Assembly (NCBI GenBank): GCA_002269645.1
Contig: NIVC01000578.1
Coordinates: forward strand, 5,036 to 69,035
DNA from: Macrostomum lignano
Taxonomy: Eukaryota
Direction: 5' to 3'
Length of the DNA stretch: 64,000 bases
How positions within the stretch are numbered: position 1 is the first letter of the stretch; every line of letters starts with the position of its first letter. Below are positions 48,236 to 59,647 of this stretch, in pieces. The notes beneath the pieces are model-generated. The model saw only the letters and a program-made list of their open reading frames with translations. It was not told the origin of the DNA and ran no database searches. A program made the translations under genes and the position numbers.

Positions 48236-49400
48236 ATGGTTAAAAACTTAGATGCTATAAAACAATTGGTTGATAGAACAAGTTCAAGATTTGGCACAAC
48301 GTTACAGTTTATAATGACAAAAACCGAACAACGGATTCAATTGCGCGATCCTTTACAACTCGATCAAAGTTTAAGTTATCAAGTTGGATTAATTTTATTT
48401 TCGGTTTTCAATATGCCACAATTAATTAATGCATCAAATAATCAATTTAGATATTCTAAAGATTCTGGAGCAAATTGGACAACATTTAGTGTTAATCCGG
48501 GAGCATATAGTTATACGGATTTGAACGCATATATCGGGGGAGAATTAACAGCTAATGGTGATTGGGTAGCAGGCACAATTGTTATAGGAGTTGATTTACC
48601 ATCCGGCAGATTCACACTATCATTAGGATCTGGATATCAAGTTGATTTTAAAATTGCAAATTCACTTAGAACCATATTAGAATTTAATTCCAGAATTGTT
48701 ACCACATCAAGCACGGGCGATACCGTAGGAAACATTGAAGGCGGAGTTAATACAATTAATATAACAACTGATATCTCAAACGGTGGCTATATAACAGACG
48801 ATAACGGATTTTTGGTTCAGCGTGGAATTATATATTCAATTCCATTTCTGGCTGTTCCAATTGGAGAGAAAATGATTGTTGCACCCAAACCCCAATATAT
48901 AGGAGGCCGTAGCCCAGCGGTACCGCAGCTGCTCTGGTGTGCCAGCGACCCAGGCTCGATTCCCAGTGCAGTCACATTAATTTGGGGCTGAATTGGAATC
49001 TCGGCTTGGCTTTGCTCGTGCAATTAATGGCCTTGAGAGCCAACCCCCCAAGGCGCAGTGAAGTGTACATGCCTAACGATAAAATAAAGTTAGGGCCACT
49101 GTACACTCCTGTGTGAGTGTGTGCCTGCGTACGTATCCGCGCGCTTGTATGCCTGCTCAGGGGAGTCGGGCGGAATGGGCAGTAATGCCTCTCACCGGTT
49201 GGGCCTATGTCGTTTAAAGTGCGCCAGCCAGGGCGCGCACAACCCCCTGCCTTTAAAATAAAATAAACCCCAATATATTATCCTTTAAATCAATATAATA
49301 TTCAATCTATTTATATCAGAATTTTTTAGATGAAACCAAAAGATTAATAAATTTTGGTGGACAATCAATAACAGTAATTTTACGAATAAAGCAAGTTTAA
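48236..49400 (+). pseudogene. Polinton minor capsid (penton) gene interrupted by a SINE
   Basis: Motifs DPLQLDQSLSYQVGL, NNQFRYSKDSGANWTTFSVNPGAYSYTDLN, YQVDF, INITTDISNGGY, IIYSIPF...PIGEKMIVAP. After the SINE it continues PLNQYNIQSIYIRI / LDETKRLINFGGQSITVILRIKQV* with two frameshifts. Confidence 0.78.
48901..49264 (+). mobile_element. tRNA-derived SINE nested in the Polinton penton gene
   Basis: A box TAGCCCAGCGG, B box GGCTCGATTCC, TAAAA tail, 14-bp TSD AAACCCCAATATAT (48887-48900, 49265-49278). Homologous to 40651-41027. Confidence 0.88.
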
Positions 49401-49619
49401 TTAGATTAAAAATGGGTTATAGAATTACTTTAAAAGAACAATCGAAAAAAGTCAAAATAGCAAAAAACAGTTATGAAATTGAATTAACAAAATTGAAACA
49501 GCTTCAAGCAGAAAAAACAAGAAAGGAGCTATTAAAACAACCGACTAATAAACTAACAAAAACAAAAAGTTTTGCAATAACTTGAATGACTTTGAGTTGG
49601 AATGCTTTTAAACAAAGAT

Positions 49620-50074
49620 ATGGAGATGACACAAACAAATAATATAGAACTAACAAATTGGGCGCGGCAATTAAAAATAAAACCATTCCGATGTGTTATG
49701 CGTGATGAAATAAAAAATTTACTACAATATGGATCATTCATTGTTAATATTGAAACAACCAAAGAAAATGGTGTACATTGGTCAGCAGTTTATTCAAAAC
49801 CAAAACTTGTTTACTTTTTTTATTCTTATGCATTACCTCCATTGCAGGAAAAAAAGATAAATTTAATTATACCAAAAATCGATTATGTGGAGATTATCAT
49901 GAACAATTTCAAACCTTTGATAAAAAATATTGTGGACAAGCAGCTTTGTATTTTTGTATCGAATTAACAACTCGGCCAATGGCCGCGACTCATTTTAATT
50001 TAATAAAAATAGACATTAAAAATGATATTTTCTGGAACCCCCTCATGGAACGGGACAACACGCACAGGTGGTAA
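49620..50074 (+). pseudogene. Adenain-like (C5) maturation cysteine protease, frameshifted
   Basis: FIVNIETTKENGVHWSAVY...YFFYSYALPP (His; the usual FDS is mutated to FYS), then in a second frame EQFQTFDKKYCGQAALYFC (Gln, Cys). Confidence 0.8.
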
Positions 50075-50505
50075 TGGTGATTCAGGTGGAATTAGTGTTA
50101 CATTTGGAGACAATAGGTATATTAATGAAGATGAAGGATATAAAGAAAACTGAAATAGATACTAAATTAAATTTAAAACGGAATATTTCAAATTCATTTA
50201 ATCAAACTGAAATAGATAATTCAATAAATTTAAAACGGAATATATTAGATTCATATAGTCAAGCTGAAGTTAATTCTGTAGTTAATGCAAAAAGAGATAT
50301 AAGCGATTGCTATTCTCGAACCGATTCTGATTCGCGTTATGTTCAAACCACAGCAACTGGACCCTTGGATATGAGTAACAATCAAATTATAAATGTTGCA
50401 ATTACAACGAATAACTCCGTAGTTGATAAGAACTATGTTGATAATGAAATTGGTAGTCGTAGTTGCAATATAAATATGAATAACTCTTCAATTGTTGTTG
50501 GATAA
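50022..50505 (+). pseudogene. Fibre/tail-like repeat protein fragment
   Basis: Repeats of ~19 aa (TEIDTKLNLKRNI / TEIDNSINLKRNI / AEVNSVVNAKRDI) and LDMSNNQIINVA...KNYVD, a pattern typical of viral fibre proteins. Frameshifted after the first ~43 codons. Confidence 0.5.
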
Positions 50506-51910
50506 ATTATTTCTTGAATTTCATTAATATAGTTTGCTTCTTGCTTTGTCTTTAAGTATTGCTTCATTTTGTCTTCAACTCTAACAAAATCTTTAAACCA
50601 ACATTTTAATGTTAAACTTGAACATGTAAGAGTATCAAACAATGTCATTCCACCAATTGAATATGCAATTTCATTATACTTATGAATACACGCACATAGT
50701 GAGATATCAAATTGTAAATACTCATACGCTCGTACCATTCGTCAATCCGTTCTAAATAATCGTTCTCACTCATATCATGAACCATTGATGTCTTACACAA
50801 ATCTTCTCTAATTTTCATAGATGTACAAAAAATTTTAAACTCATTGATGCCTGTTGAAACGAACAAAGCATTATAATTGTTTGTTTTGAATCTTTGTGAT
50901 TCTTTTTTATCTTTATTTATAAAGGCTAATACGTCTTTTGTTGTATAGTCATTTACAAAAGTTATTGATAAGATTCCTCTTGGTGTTTTAAGAATTTTAC
51001 ATGGTTTAAAATTGCAAAATAGTGGTATATATGAATCGAATCTGGACGAGTTGTGCGCTATCAAAACAATATTTTTTGGCATAATTGAAAGAAGATGTTT
51101 AAACATTTTTCTGTTTAGCTCGTATTATCGTTTAAATATGTTTCAAAATCAAATATAACTACATCCGCTTTAGTTGGATTTGTTGATGTGTTAAAGGTTT
51201 TATCTCACTAATGTTTTTGCTCGTTGGTTCTTTGAATACTATTTTATAATTGTCTTTTATCCGTTCTAATCTGATTCCTGTCTGTTTATTGGATATTAAA
51301 CAATAATGACCAATGTGATAATCGTTCGAGTGATAATAATTTAACAATAGCCAATCGTGTATAATTTTTCTTTGGGGCTTTGGTTCTATTCCTCGATTCG
51401 TTGGATTATATAAAGCCATATTCAAATTAAATTATTCGTTGAATTTTCCTATTCTTGAATTTGTCATTAAACCTCTTTGGGTTCTTGAATCATTCAACCA
51501 AGCTCCATATGCTTCTTTGGGTGGTGCGCTATCACCATAAATAAATTGAACATACTTATAGAAATAGTTTTTATCAGATGGTATATAACAATAATCGTCT
51601 TGGTACTCTTCTATTTCACATATTACGTTAGTGCCCATACCTTGCTTTGATCTTTCATGTTTCAGTGTAATTATATTTGGTGTCATTTTGAGTCTTCCAG
51701 AAAACACATTAGATTCATATCATAGTTTTCAACTAGATGTTTAATCCAAGCTTGAAACTGATTTATATCATAAAATGATACCAAGTATTGATTAATTTCT
51801 TCGCGATCATCTCCACTATTAAGATAAAAGTATTGGACTCTTGCATTAGTTATTTCAACACTATATCCATTTAAAATTTGTGTTTCTATAAAATCTAATA
51901 CATTCTGCAT
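50500..51910 (-). pseudogene. Protein-primed family B DNA polymerase, N-terminal and 3'-5' exonuclease part only, multiply frameshifted
   Basis: Colinear fragments include LIAHNSSRFDSY (ExoII-like HN...FD), EWYEYLQFDI (ExoIII-like Y...D) and TLTCSSLTLKCW. No polymerase-domain motifs are visible. Confidence 0.72.
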
Positions 51911-51974
51911 TGGCTCAAATCGATAGACTCTGATAAACTCTTCAAGCGATATTTCGGGTTGTGGATTCCTTGGT

Positions 51975-52229
51975 TTACGACGTGGCTTTTTTGATTTTTT
52001 CTAACTCTGCTATTCTTGCTTCATATCGTGCGTTTTCTATTAACCTTCTCATTTCATATTCTGCCCTAATATTTGATGCTAATTCTTCTGTTTGTTGTTG
52101 TTGTCTTTCTCTTTCAAAGTTTCTTTGGCGCATTTCAATTTGCTCAATTTGTCTTTGTAATCGATTGAGCTGTGCGCGCTCGTTGGCAAGAAGTTGTCGA
52201 ATCTGATTTGGGGTTAATATTTGTTCCAT
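51975..52229 (-). CDS. Small Polinton coiled-coil protein (84 aa)
   Basis: Intact ATG ORF rich in Q/R/E heptads, lying inside the element. Confidence 0.5.
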   Translation of the reverse strand: MEQILTPNQIRQLLANERAQLNRLQRQIEQIEMRQRNFERERQQQQTEELASNIRAEYEMRRLIENARYEARIAELEKIKKATS

Positions 52230-52311
52230 TTTATAGCAAAGAATTTATAGAATGTTTGATTGAATAGTTTTTTAATTTGGGTTTTTGTGGCCTAGACCCC
52301 CCACTAGTCGC

Positions 52312-53190
52312 CTACTTGAGTTCCGCTTTTGGTAACAGTAATCCTTTGCCTGAAACGGTTCCTTGTAGAAAAATACCAGAACCTGCTTTTGGTCTCATTT
52401 CGAGATATAATCCGCTTCCATCATGTTTTTCAATTATGTTAAAATCTTTTCCTAATTTATTAAAAATCTTTTGAACTGCTGGCCTAAAGTTGGCTCCAAC
52501 ATTATCAAAAAATCCTTTAGCTTTTTCGCCGGTTTTTTCTAAAGTTTGACCAAATTCATGCAATTTATCTGCTACAATTCCGTCACCATGAGTTGTGCCT
52601 TTTAGAATTAGCCCAGTGCCGTGGGTTGTTCCTTGTAACATTAAACCTTTTCCAGCTGCTAGTCTGGCTTCTGCATTTCTTTTTTGTGCCGCTGTTGCCG
52701 AACTGCTATTAATGGCATCTATAAGTTTTGTTTAAATTGAGCGTCCTGTGTTATTTGCTGTCTTTGGAATTCAACCTCTCGTTTAGCTTTTTCATCTGCA
52801 GCTTTTTTCTCATTTACTGCTTTTGCAATTCCAGCTGCTCCGCCTGCTAATCCACCAGCTGCTTCGATTCCTGCAAAAATTATTGGTAGCAAAGTTGCAA
52901 GTGGTAATATGCCCCCTTGTTTTGCTTTTAATTCTCCTAGTTGTTTTCTATTATCATGAATTCTTTTGGCTGCTAATGTAGTTGCTCCTGCTGCTCCAAG
53001 TCCTAAAAGAATTGGTAGAATGGGCAATAATCCACCATCCTTTTTTGTGTGTCTCTATTAAAAATTTCACATCCGATTCTGTTAATCGATAAGTTTTATT
53101 GTTATGTTTAAATGAAATTGGTCTTCCTTCTTGTGCATATTTTGCAGCTAGTTTAAATGTATCCATATCATAATCTAATATTTTTCCCAA
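52312..53190 (-). pseudogene. Polinton core-protein-like ORFs (adenovirus pVII/pX-like motifs), frameshifted
   Basis: Motifs KDGGLLPILPILLG, KQGGILPLATLLPIIFAGIEAAGGLAGGAAGIAKAVN and GSGLYL...GSGIFL. The GG-hLP motifs resemble protease-processed core proteins. The frameshift at ~53045 joins ORFs 52954-53190 and 52719-53027. Confidence 0.6.
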
Positions 53191-53333
53191 CCTATCTAAT
53201 CTTTTTAGGATGGTGTGACTAGAATTATTCCAATTTAAGCAGGCTACTATTTCAGCTAAGAAATATATTCTATTTTCATCGTGATCTCCTCCCCAATAGT
53301 TTGGTGATAAAAACTGAGTCCATTTTTATATGA

Positions 53334-53744
53334 CTAAAACTTCTTTAATCCTTTTCCGCCTTTAATCGAGTTTAACACTTTATTAAAATCTTGGATGTCT
53401 TTATTGCTCAGAGGGGTGCTTTTAGTGGGTGTTTCAGTAGGCTGTGCGGCTTGGGCTGTTTCTTGTGCTAGCTTTAAATCTTTCATTGCTTTTATTTGAG
53501 AAATGGTGTCGTTAAAATCATTCATTTTTTTGAGCTCCTCTGCTGCCTTAGCTGCTTCTATTCCACCTTTAACCGCATTGGTTACTGAGCCGGCTGCTGA
53601 TCCCGCTTGTGCTATTAGTGGCATATTATCTTTAACTAAATTTGCTGCCGTACCTTTCATATCAAAAAGGCCTTCACCTCTATATTCTACTGGGTTTCCA
53701 ATTTGTATTTCATTCAGATTGTATGCGTGTGTTATGCGTGTCAT
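53334..53744 (-). CDS. Polinton small putative virion protein (136 aa)
   Basis: Intact ATG ORF beside the right TIR, with YRGEGLFD and a terminal IKGGKGLKKF Gly-rich motif. Confidence 0.55.
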   Translation of the reverse strand: MTRITHAYNLNEIQIGNPVEYRGEGLFDMKGTAANLVKDNMPLIAQAGSAAGSVTNAVKGGIEAAKAAEELKKMNDFNDTISQIKAMKDLKLAQETAQAAQPTETPTKSTPLSNKDIQDFNKVLNSIKGGKGLKKF

Positions 53745-53785
53745 TTTTGTCTATTTTTAGTAACAGATTAGAGATTTAGTATATT

Positions 53786-54151
53786 TAGAAAAAAGCTTGT
53801 GTGCCCCAAGCCCCTGCGGGGCGCGGTCGGGTTAGTGTGTAATAGAAGTGTTAGATGAGTTGGAAGTGTTGGAAGAGATAGAAGTGTTTGGAAGTGTTGG
53901 AAGCGTTAGAAGTGTTAGGTACCATACAAAATTGCCAGCAAACCATTTGTCAGAAACAACTAATATTAACTCTTATTAAGGATAAATTTCACATTTTGAC
54001 CGAAATGAAGCGAGGATGAACGGAGCGAGTTGAGCGTAGTGAAGACGAGCGAAAATGGAGTGAAAAATGTGAAATTTATCCTTAATAAGAGTTAATATTA
54101 GTTGTTTCTGACAAATGGTTTGCTGGCAATTTTGTATGGTATAATACTACT
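53786..54151 (-). repeat. Right terminal inverted repeat of the Polinton
   Basis: Reverse complement of the left TIR; contains perfect 78-bp inverted arms at 53920-53997 and 54064-54141. Confidence 0.92.
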
Positions 54152-55300
54152 ATAGCCTTTTCAGATCTCGTGCATTCGCGTACAAAACGATGACATGAAA
54201 ATAATCGCTAAAAAGTCGTTGCAAACAACTTTCTAGTGACTCTAGCGACTCTTGTGACTTTTTAAAAACTCGAACGCATCTAATGCGATGAGTGGGCGAC
54301 TGTTGCGTCACAAGCGCGATAGTTATAGAATTGTAAGAGTCACGAAAGAGTCATCCAGGATTCGTTATGTTGGCGCTCAACTTCGCTAAAGATGTGACTC
54401 TGACTCATCAAGCAATGCAAATGTGCTTCAAACACAACTCAGTGACTCTTGCTACAGCGACTCTACCACACGTAGGACTCTACGGTCTCAGATTCTACGA
54501 CTCTATGGTCCCAAAGTTGCTATACCGTCGCACCAGAGTCACTTGCCTCGCCCCAAAGTCGTTTCAGAGAGTCGCAGATAATAAAAGGTTTCGACTCTTG
54601 GACGACTCTGTGGCGACCCAAGTGACTCTGGAACGCTTTTTGGTCTAAGTGTCGTTTTCATCGGGAGTTCCCAGCAAGTCGCAACCGACGGCAAAAATGC
54701 CTGCCTCGTAGCCTAGGCCAGACTGACTCCTGCTCTGCTCGCGGCAATTTCTATGCGGCAGGCAAAGAATCTACGAGCCAGTTTTTCATAGTGAATAAGA
54801 AGCAACAAAGCAAGGAATCGCGGGCATTTCGCCATCGGAGTCAATTGATAAGATTTTGGCTTTTCATTAATATTTTCGAACATTCGGATCAAGTACAATT
54901 CACTGCTTAGTAATTATGCAGCTCTTGTGCAAGCATTGGTGACAACAAATATTTTAGCCCTTTGCTAAGCTGTCAATACAGCAGTTAATTTGAAAAAAAA
55001 CCAGGTATAAAAATAGACCCTTGCGCCGCCTTGTACAGCCTTTGTGCTTAATCTGTAAGGGCATAGCTGCACTGCAGCAGAGGAGAGAGAAGAGAGAAGA
55101 AAGGGCGGCGGGCAGCAGTGTACACTGCATAGCATACAAGAGTGTGACGGCTTTTCATTGTGCGTTGCCTATAGCAACCAATTGGGGGAAGGGCGGAAAT
55201 TCAAATTACAGAGCTGCGAGGGCAATTTTGATACAATCTATGCAGTTGCTAAACCTTGAGTCAGCTAAATTTTCTACGATATTCTTCAGGATCCGATAAA

Positions 55301-57981
55301 ATGATGCAGGCCAGCTTCACTATTGGCGTGGTAAGTCGGCTTGGTTGCAGATTTGAGCCAGAGGCGCGGCCAGGTAGGGACAAGGGGGCCACCGGTGCTA
55401 AAACCCCCAGTGCTAAAGCCCCCAGTGCTAAAGCCTCCAGTGCTAAAGCCCCCAGTGCTAAAGCCTCTAGTGCTAAAGCCTCCGGTACTAAAGCCCCCGG
55501 TGCTCAAGCCCCCCGTGCTAAAGCCTCCAGTGCTAAAGCCTCCGGTACTAAAGCCCCCCGTGCTAAAGCCCCCGGTGCTAAAGCCTCCGGTGCTAAAGCC
55601 TCCGGTGCTAAAGCCCCCAGTGCTAAAGCCTCCAATGCTAAAGCCTCCGGTTTCTAAAGCCCCCAGTGCTAAAGCCCCAGGTACCAAAGCCCCAGGTACC
55701 AAAGCTCCAGGTACCAAAGCCCAAGGTACCAAAGCTCCAGGTACCAAAGCCCCAGGTACCAAAACCCCAGGTACCAAAGCCCCAGGTACCAAAGCCCCAG
55801 GTACCAAAGCCCCAGGTACCAAAGCCCCAGGTACCAAAGCCCCAGGTACCAAAGCTCCAGGTACCAAAGCTCCAGGTACCAAAGCCCCAGGTACCAAAGC
55901 TCCAGGTACCAAAGCCCCAGGTACCAAAGCCCCTGGTGCTAAAGCGGCACCATTAAATGAAGTGGGCACCTTAAGAGGCCGCCTCCAAGTCAGAAATACA
56001 GGCTACCTAATGGTTTAAATTTCAATGCACCCCGCTTCCCTTCGAGTTCAAACCATTCTTTTTATTTTTTGTTACTCTTTGCATTTCAGCCGTCTGCCCC
56101 AAGTTCGAGACCGTTCCCGCAGCATCTGACGCCCCATCTAGCACAGATGGGAGTCCCGATGGAACAGGCTATGGGTGAGTGTGTGAAATCATTGCTTAGA
56201 TAAATACTACAGAGTCTGCATCCCGAAGTTCTCGTAGACGATTACCCTAGAAAATATCAGAATATATTTGCTGTACCACAAAACTTTATAAGCCCTTGTA
56301 GTTCTTTGTTCTGTAATCATACTTGCATGAAAACCAATTTGAAGATCGGCAATTAGCGCGTGCGACTCTGGCTTGATTCTGGCTTGATTCTGGCTTGATT
56401 CTGGCTGATTCTGGCTTGATTCTGGCTTGATTCTGGCTTGATTCTGGTTCTGGCTTGATTCTGATTCTGGCTTGATTCTGGCTTGATTCTGGTTCTGGCT
56501 TGATTCTGATTCTGGCTTGATTCTGGCTTGATTCTGATTCTGGCTTGATTCTGATTCTGGCTTGATTCTGGCTTGATTCTGGCTGATTCTGGCTTGATTC
56601 TGGCTTGATTCTGGCTTGATTCTGGTTCTGGCTTGATTCTGATTCTGGCTTGATTCTGGCTTGATTCTGGTTCTGGCTTGATTCTGATTCTGGCTTGATT
56701 CTGGCTTGATTCTGATTCTGGCTTGATTCTGATTCTGGCTTGATTCTGGCTTGATTCTGACTTGATTCTGGCTTGATTCTGGCTTGATTCTGGCTTGATT
56801 CTGGCTTGATTCTGGCTTGATTCTGGCTTGATTCTTGGATCTCGTGCAGTTCTCGCCCATGAGGCACCCCAAAGGCACGGAGAGTGTGCGGCTTGATGAT
56901 CCTGATGATAGAAATTAGGACCACCGTGTACTTGTGTGAGCATATCCCTGTGTACTCGCACGCATCCGTTGTGCTCAAGGGTCAGATGAATGGGCGTGAC
57001 TCACTGCTCGCCTCCCCGCTGGCTACAGCTCAACTACAGTAGCTGAATTATGCTGATTTTGGCCGTAATGGGCGGTGCGCTCTCGCTTTGGGTAGCTAAG
57101 CCGTCAAAAAGACGCCCGATTTACCCGCGCACTACTGAAAACAACTTGCTCATCTCCTTTGCTTCCAGGCTACTGGAACACCTTCAACCACTTCGACTTG
57201 GACGGCTCCGGCACCATCAATGTGCAGGAGATGGTGACCGGCTTGCAGCTCATGGGACAGTGCCCCACGCCCAGCGATGTGCAGAACATGATGATGCAGG
57301 CCGATCAGAGTGAGTCTGCCTACTGCGATGGGTCGTCAAGCTTTTGTTCGTGTCTTTTGCTTTCTTGCGCTTCTCGTCATACCATTTAGACTGAGACTGG
57401 ATTTAAATTAGATTAATCATGATTAAAGCCTTGATTGAAATGCTTTCAGAGTAGCAATGATAATCGAGTATTAATCATCAGTGCCTGCTGACACGAGTAA
57501 ATTAAGTCCTCTGCAGGTGTCACTGGGGTATTGTCAGTTTATTGCTTATTCGCCGTTTCCCACAGACCACGACGGTCAGGTGGATTTCCTGGAGTACGTA
57601 AGGGTGACTCACGCGCGAGTGCAGCCACCGCAGGCGGTGCAGAATGACCTCATGACGGCCTTCCGCGTGTTCGACAGGGACGGCAGCGGCTACCTGGACG
57701 CGAATGAGCTGCGAGCGGTGCTCTGCCAGCGCGGCATGAAGGAGAGCGACTTTAACCATGTGATGTCCCTGGTGGACCTGGACCGCGACGGCCGCATCAA
57801 CTACAACGAGTTCGCCGGGCTGATGACTCGGCCGCTGGAGACAATGATGAAGCAGCAGCACGGCAAGGGGCACAAAGATGGCAAGCATCACAAGGACAAG
57901 AAGGACAAGAAGCACAAGAAGCACAAGAAGCACGGCAGCGGCAGCGGCAGCGGCAGCGGCAGCGGCAGCGACAGCGACTGA
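55301..57981 (+). CDS. Calmodulin-like four-EF-hand protein with Lys/His-rich and Gly-Ser tail
   Basis: Phase-consistent exons 55301-55330, 56090-56174, 57169-57309 (DLDGSGTINVQE), 57566-57981 (DQNHDGQVDFLE across the junction, DRDGSGYLDANE, DLDRDGRINYNE). The first two exons are less certain. Confidence 0.85.
55390..55945. repeat. 15-bp minisatellite (AAAGCCCCAGGTACC variants) in intron 1 of the calmodulin-like gene
   Basis: Tandem array; explains the KAPGT/KPPVL ORFs. Confidence 0.93.
56368..56836. repeat. 11-bp minisatellite (TTCTGGCTTGA) in intron 2 of the calmodulin-like gene
   Basis: Tandem array; explains the SSQNQARIKPE ORFs. Confidence 0.93.
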
Positions 57982-59647
57982 AGCAGTTGCCGGTGTGAAT
58001 AGTCAGAATAATGCTTAGCTTACTTATGCTTCTTTTGACTTGTTAAAAAAATCTGCTTATGAACGGGGGCAGCCAAAGCAGAAGAGCGCTGTGCTGTGGA
58101 GGCCGCAGGTTTTCGCTGTAGAATGCATTGTCGAGATCACGGGGTTTTGCAGGTTTTTAGCACCAACTTTTTCTTACCTTCTGGACTCCATAAGTTGATT
58201 CTTTTAATAACTGATCTATTTAATGCGTAATTAAACAAAACATATCACAAAAGACTTGAATGCAACGCATGGAAAACTCCATTCAGGAAAAGTGATTTTC
58301 TGCGGCGAAAACTCCAGCAAAATTCGCACGGTGCAGCGTCCATTCTAGCGCATGTGCCCACTTGCCCGAGCGTCTGAATTATGAAAATCTTTGCAATATT
58401 TTGATCCTGTACTTGTACCACTGCAGCCGATTAACTTGCTGGTTGTTTATAATTTTCTTATATCAAGGTAGGTCTGCTCGATGCATACTTTATGAGATTA
58501 GCGCAAACACAGAAGCTGAAGATCAAATTCATGACATGGAAGTAAATGTTTCCCATGCAGTAAGACGTGCATAATGATACGATTTTAGCCACCTGGAACG
58601 AAAAATCTCTTTAAGCCATTTCGATGAAAGTTATTTATTCAGGAAAATTCTTGTTTTTGTTTAACTTTATTACAATTTTTAGTTTTTGTCTCTACAAAAT
58701 ACAGCCTGTCTCGTTCCTAAAATATACCTTTCTGTTACCAATCTTATATGCTTTGCCTTTTTCCACTTTATTCTTAGCAAATATTCAAACTATGCGGATG
58801 TTCCATTTGCAGATGTCTACAACTCCCTTGCTCACCAGCACAAACATTTTGTGGCCAATAATTAAAATTTCAAGAAACTGCTTGAAAAAATTTAGCAGAT
58901 GATCCGCTAAATGCAGTAGCTCCAGCCAAATTTAAAGTCTCTGGCAGCACCAAAGCCGAACATTTCTGCGTACAAAACGGCAAGAACATGCCCTTCTGTC
59001 GGCGTGCTTCATGCGCGCTTTTAGCGAACAACTACAAAGCCAGTCTGTGCATGGACTGCATTTGGTTTAATTGCTAACAGCAATATTTACACACCCCTTG
59101 AAAGTGTACAATTTAATTAATTTTTCGCTAAATTAACGCTCCTTTGCATTGCCTCATAAAAAGTTTATTGTAAAGATGCAAGCGAATCACTGATGAGCTT
59201 TACGATGAGGCTTCAAGGTTCGCTTAATTCAACTCTCTAAATATGGGGTACAGTCTGGGCCGCAGGTATGTACGCAGGTCTAGAGGGAGGGCTGCAGAAG
59301 CGGATAAGTGCGTGCGTGTCTTTTCACAGTGCAGGGCACGTCGAATCGAATTCTTAGTCACTTTTGTTTACTCGCGAACGAACAGACCGACCAGGCCAAC
59401 ACGCGCTCGTCTCGCTGAGATTCACCGGACGCCTACTTGTTCAGGATAAAGCGACCAAATTCTGGGCTTCGCTCAGTGCACGAATAAACAATTCTGGACG
59501 AATCTGCATAGCAGGTCAACTAATGCTTCAGCATTATTAACACTTCCTTCTAAGAAAATTTACGACAGCTAATACCAGCTTAAAATTTAGCTAACATATT
59601 ATATTGAAATTCGAAAAAGAGGCTCTGCAATTTGAATCTGCAATCGA

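Larger units (their letters stand above)
46337..54151. mobile_element. Endogenous Polinton/Maverick (adintovirus-like) element, internally deleted and decayed, 7815 bp
   Basis: 6-bp TSD ATAGCC (46331-46336, 54152-54157), termini AGTAGT...ACTACT and long TIRs. The AT-rich interior holds ATPase, minor capsid, protease, pPolB exonuclease and core-protein-like remnants. Confidence 0.92.

Noticed and set aside
46337-54151. Element as a bacterial prophage or contamination
   Set aside because: It is bounded by a TSD within host DNA, contains a host SINE, and its gene set is Polinton-type rather than tailed-phage-type.
55256-56978. KAPGT, GGFST and SSQNQARIKPE ORFs
   Set aside because: They are translations of intronic 15-bp and 11-bp minisatellites.
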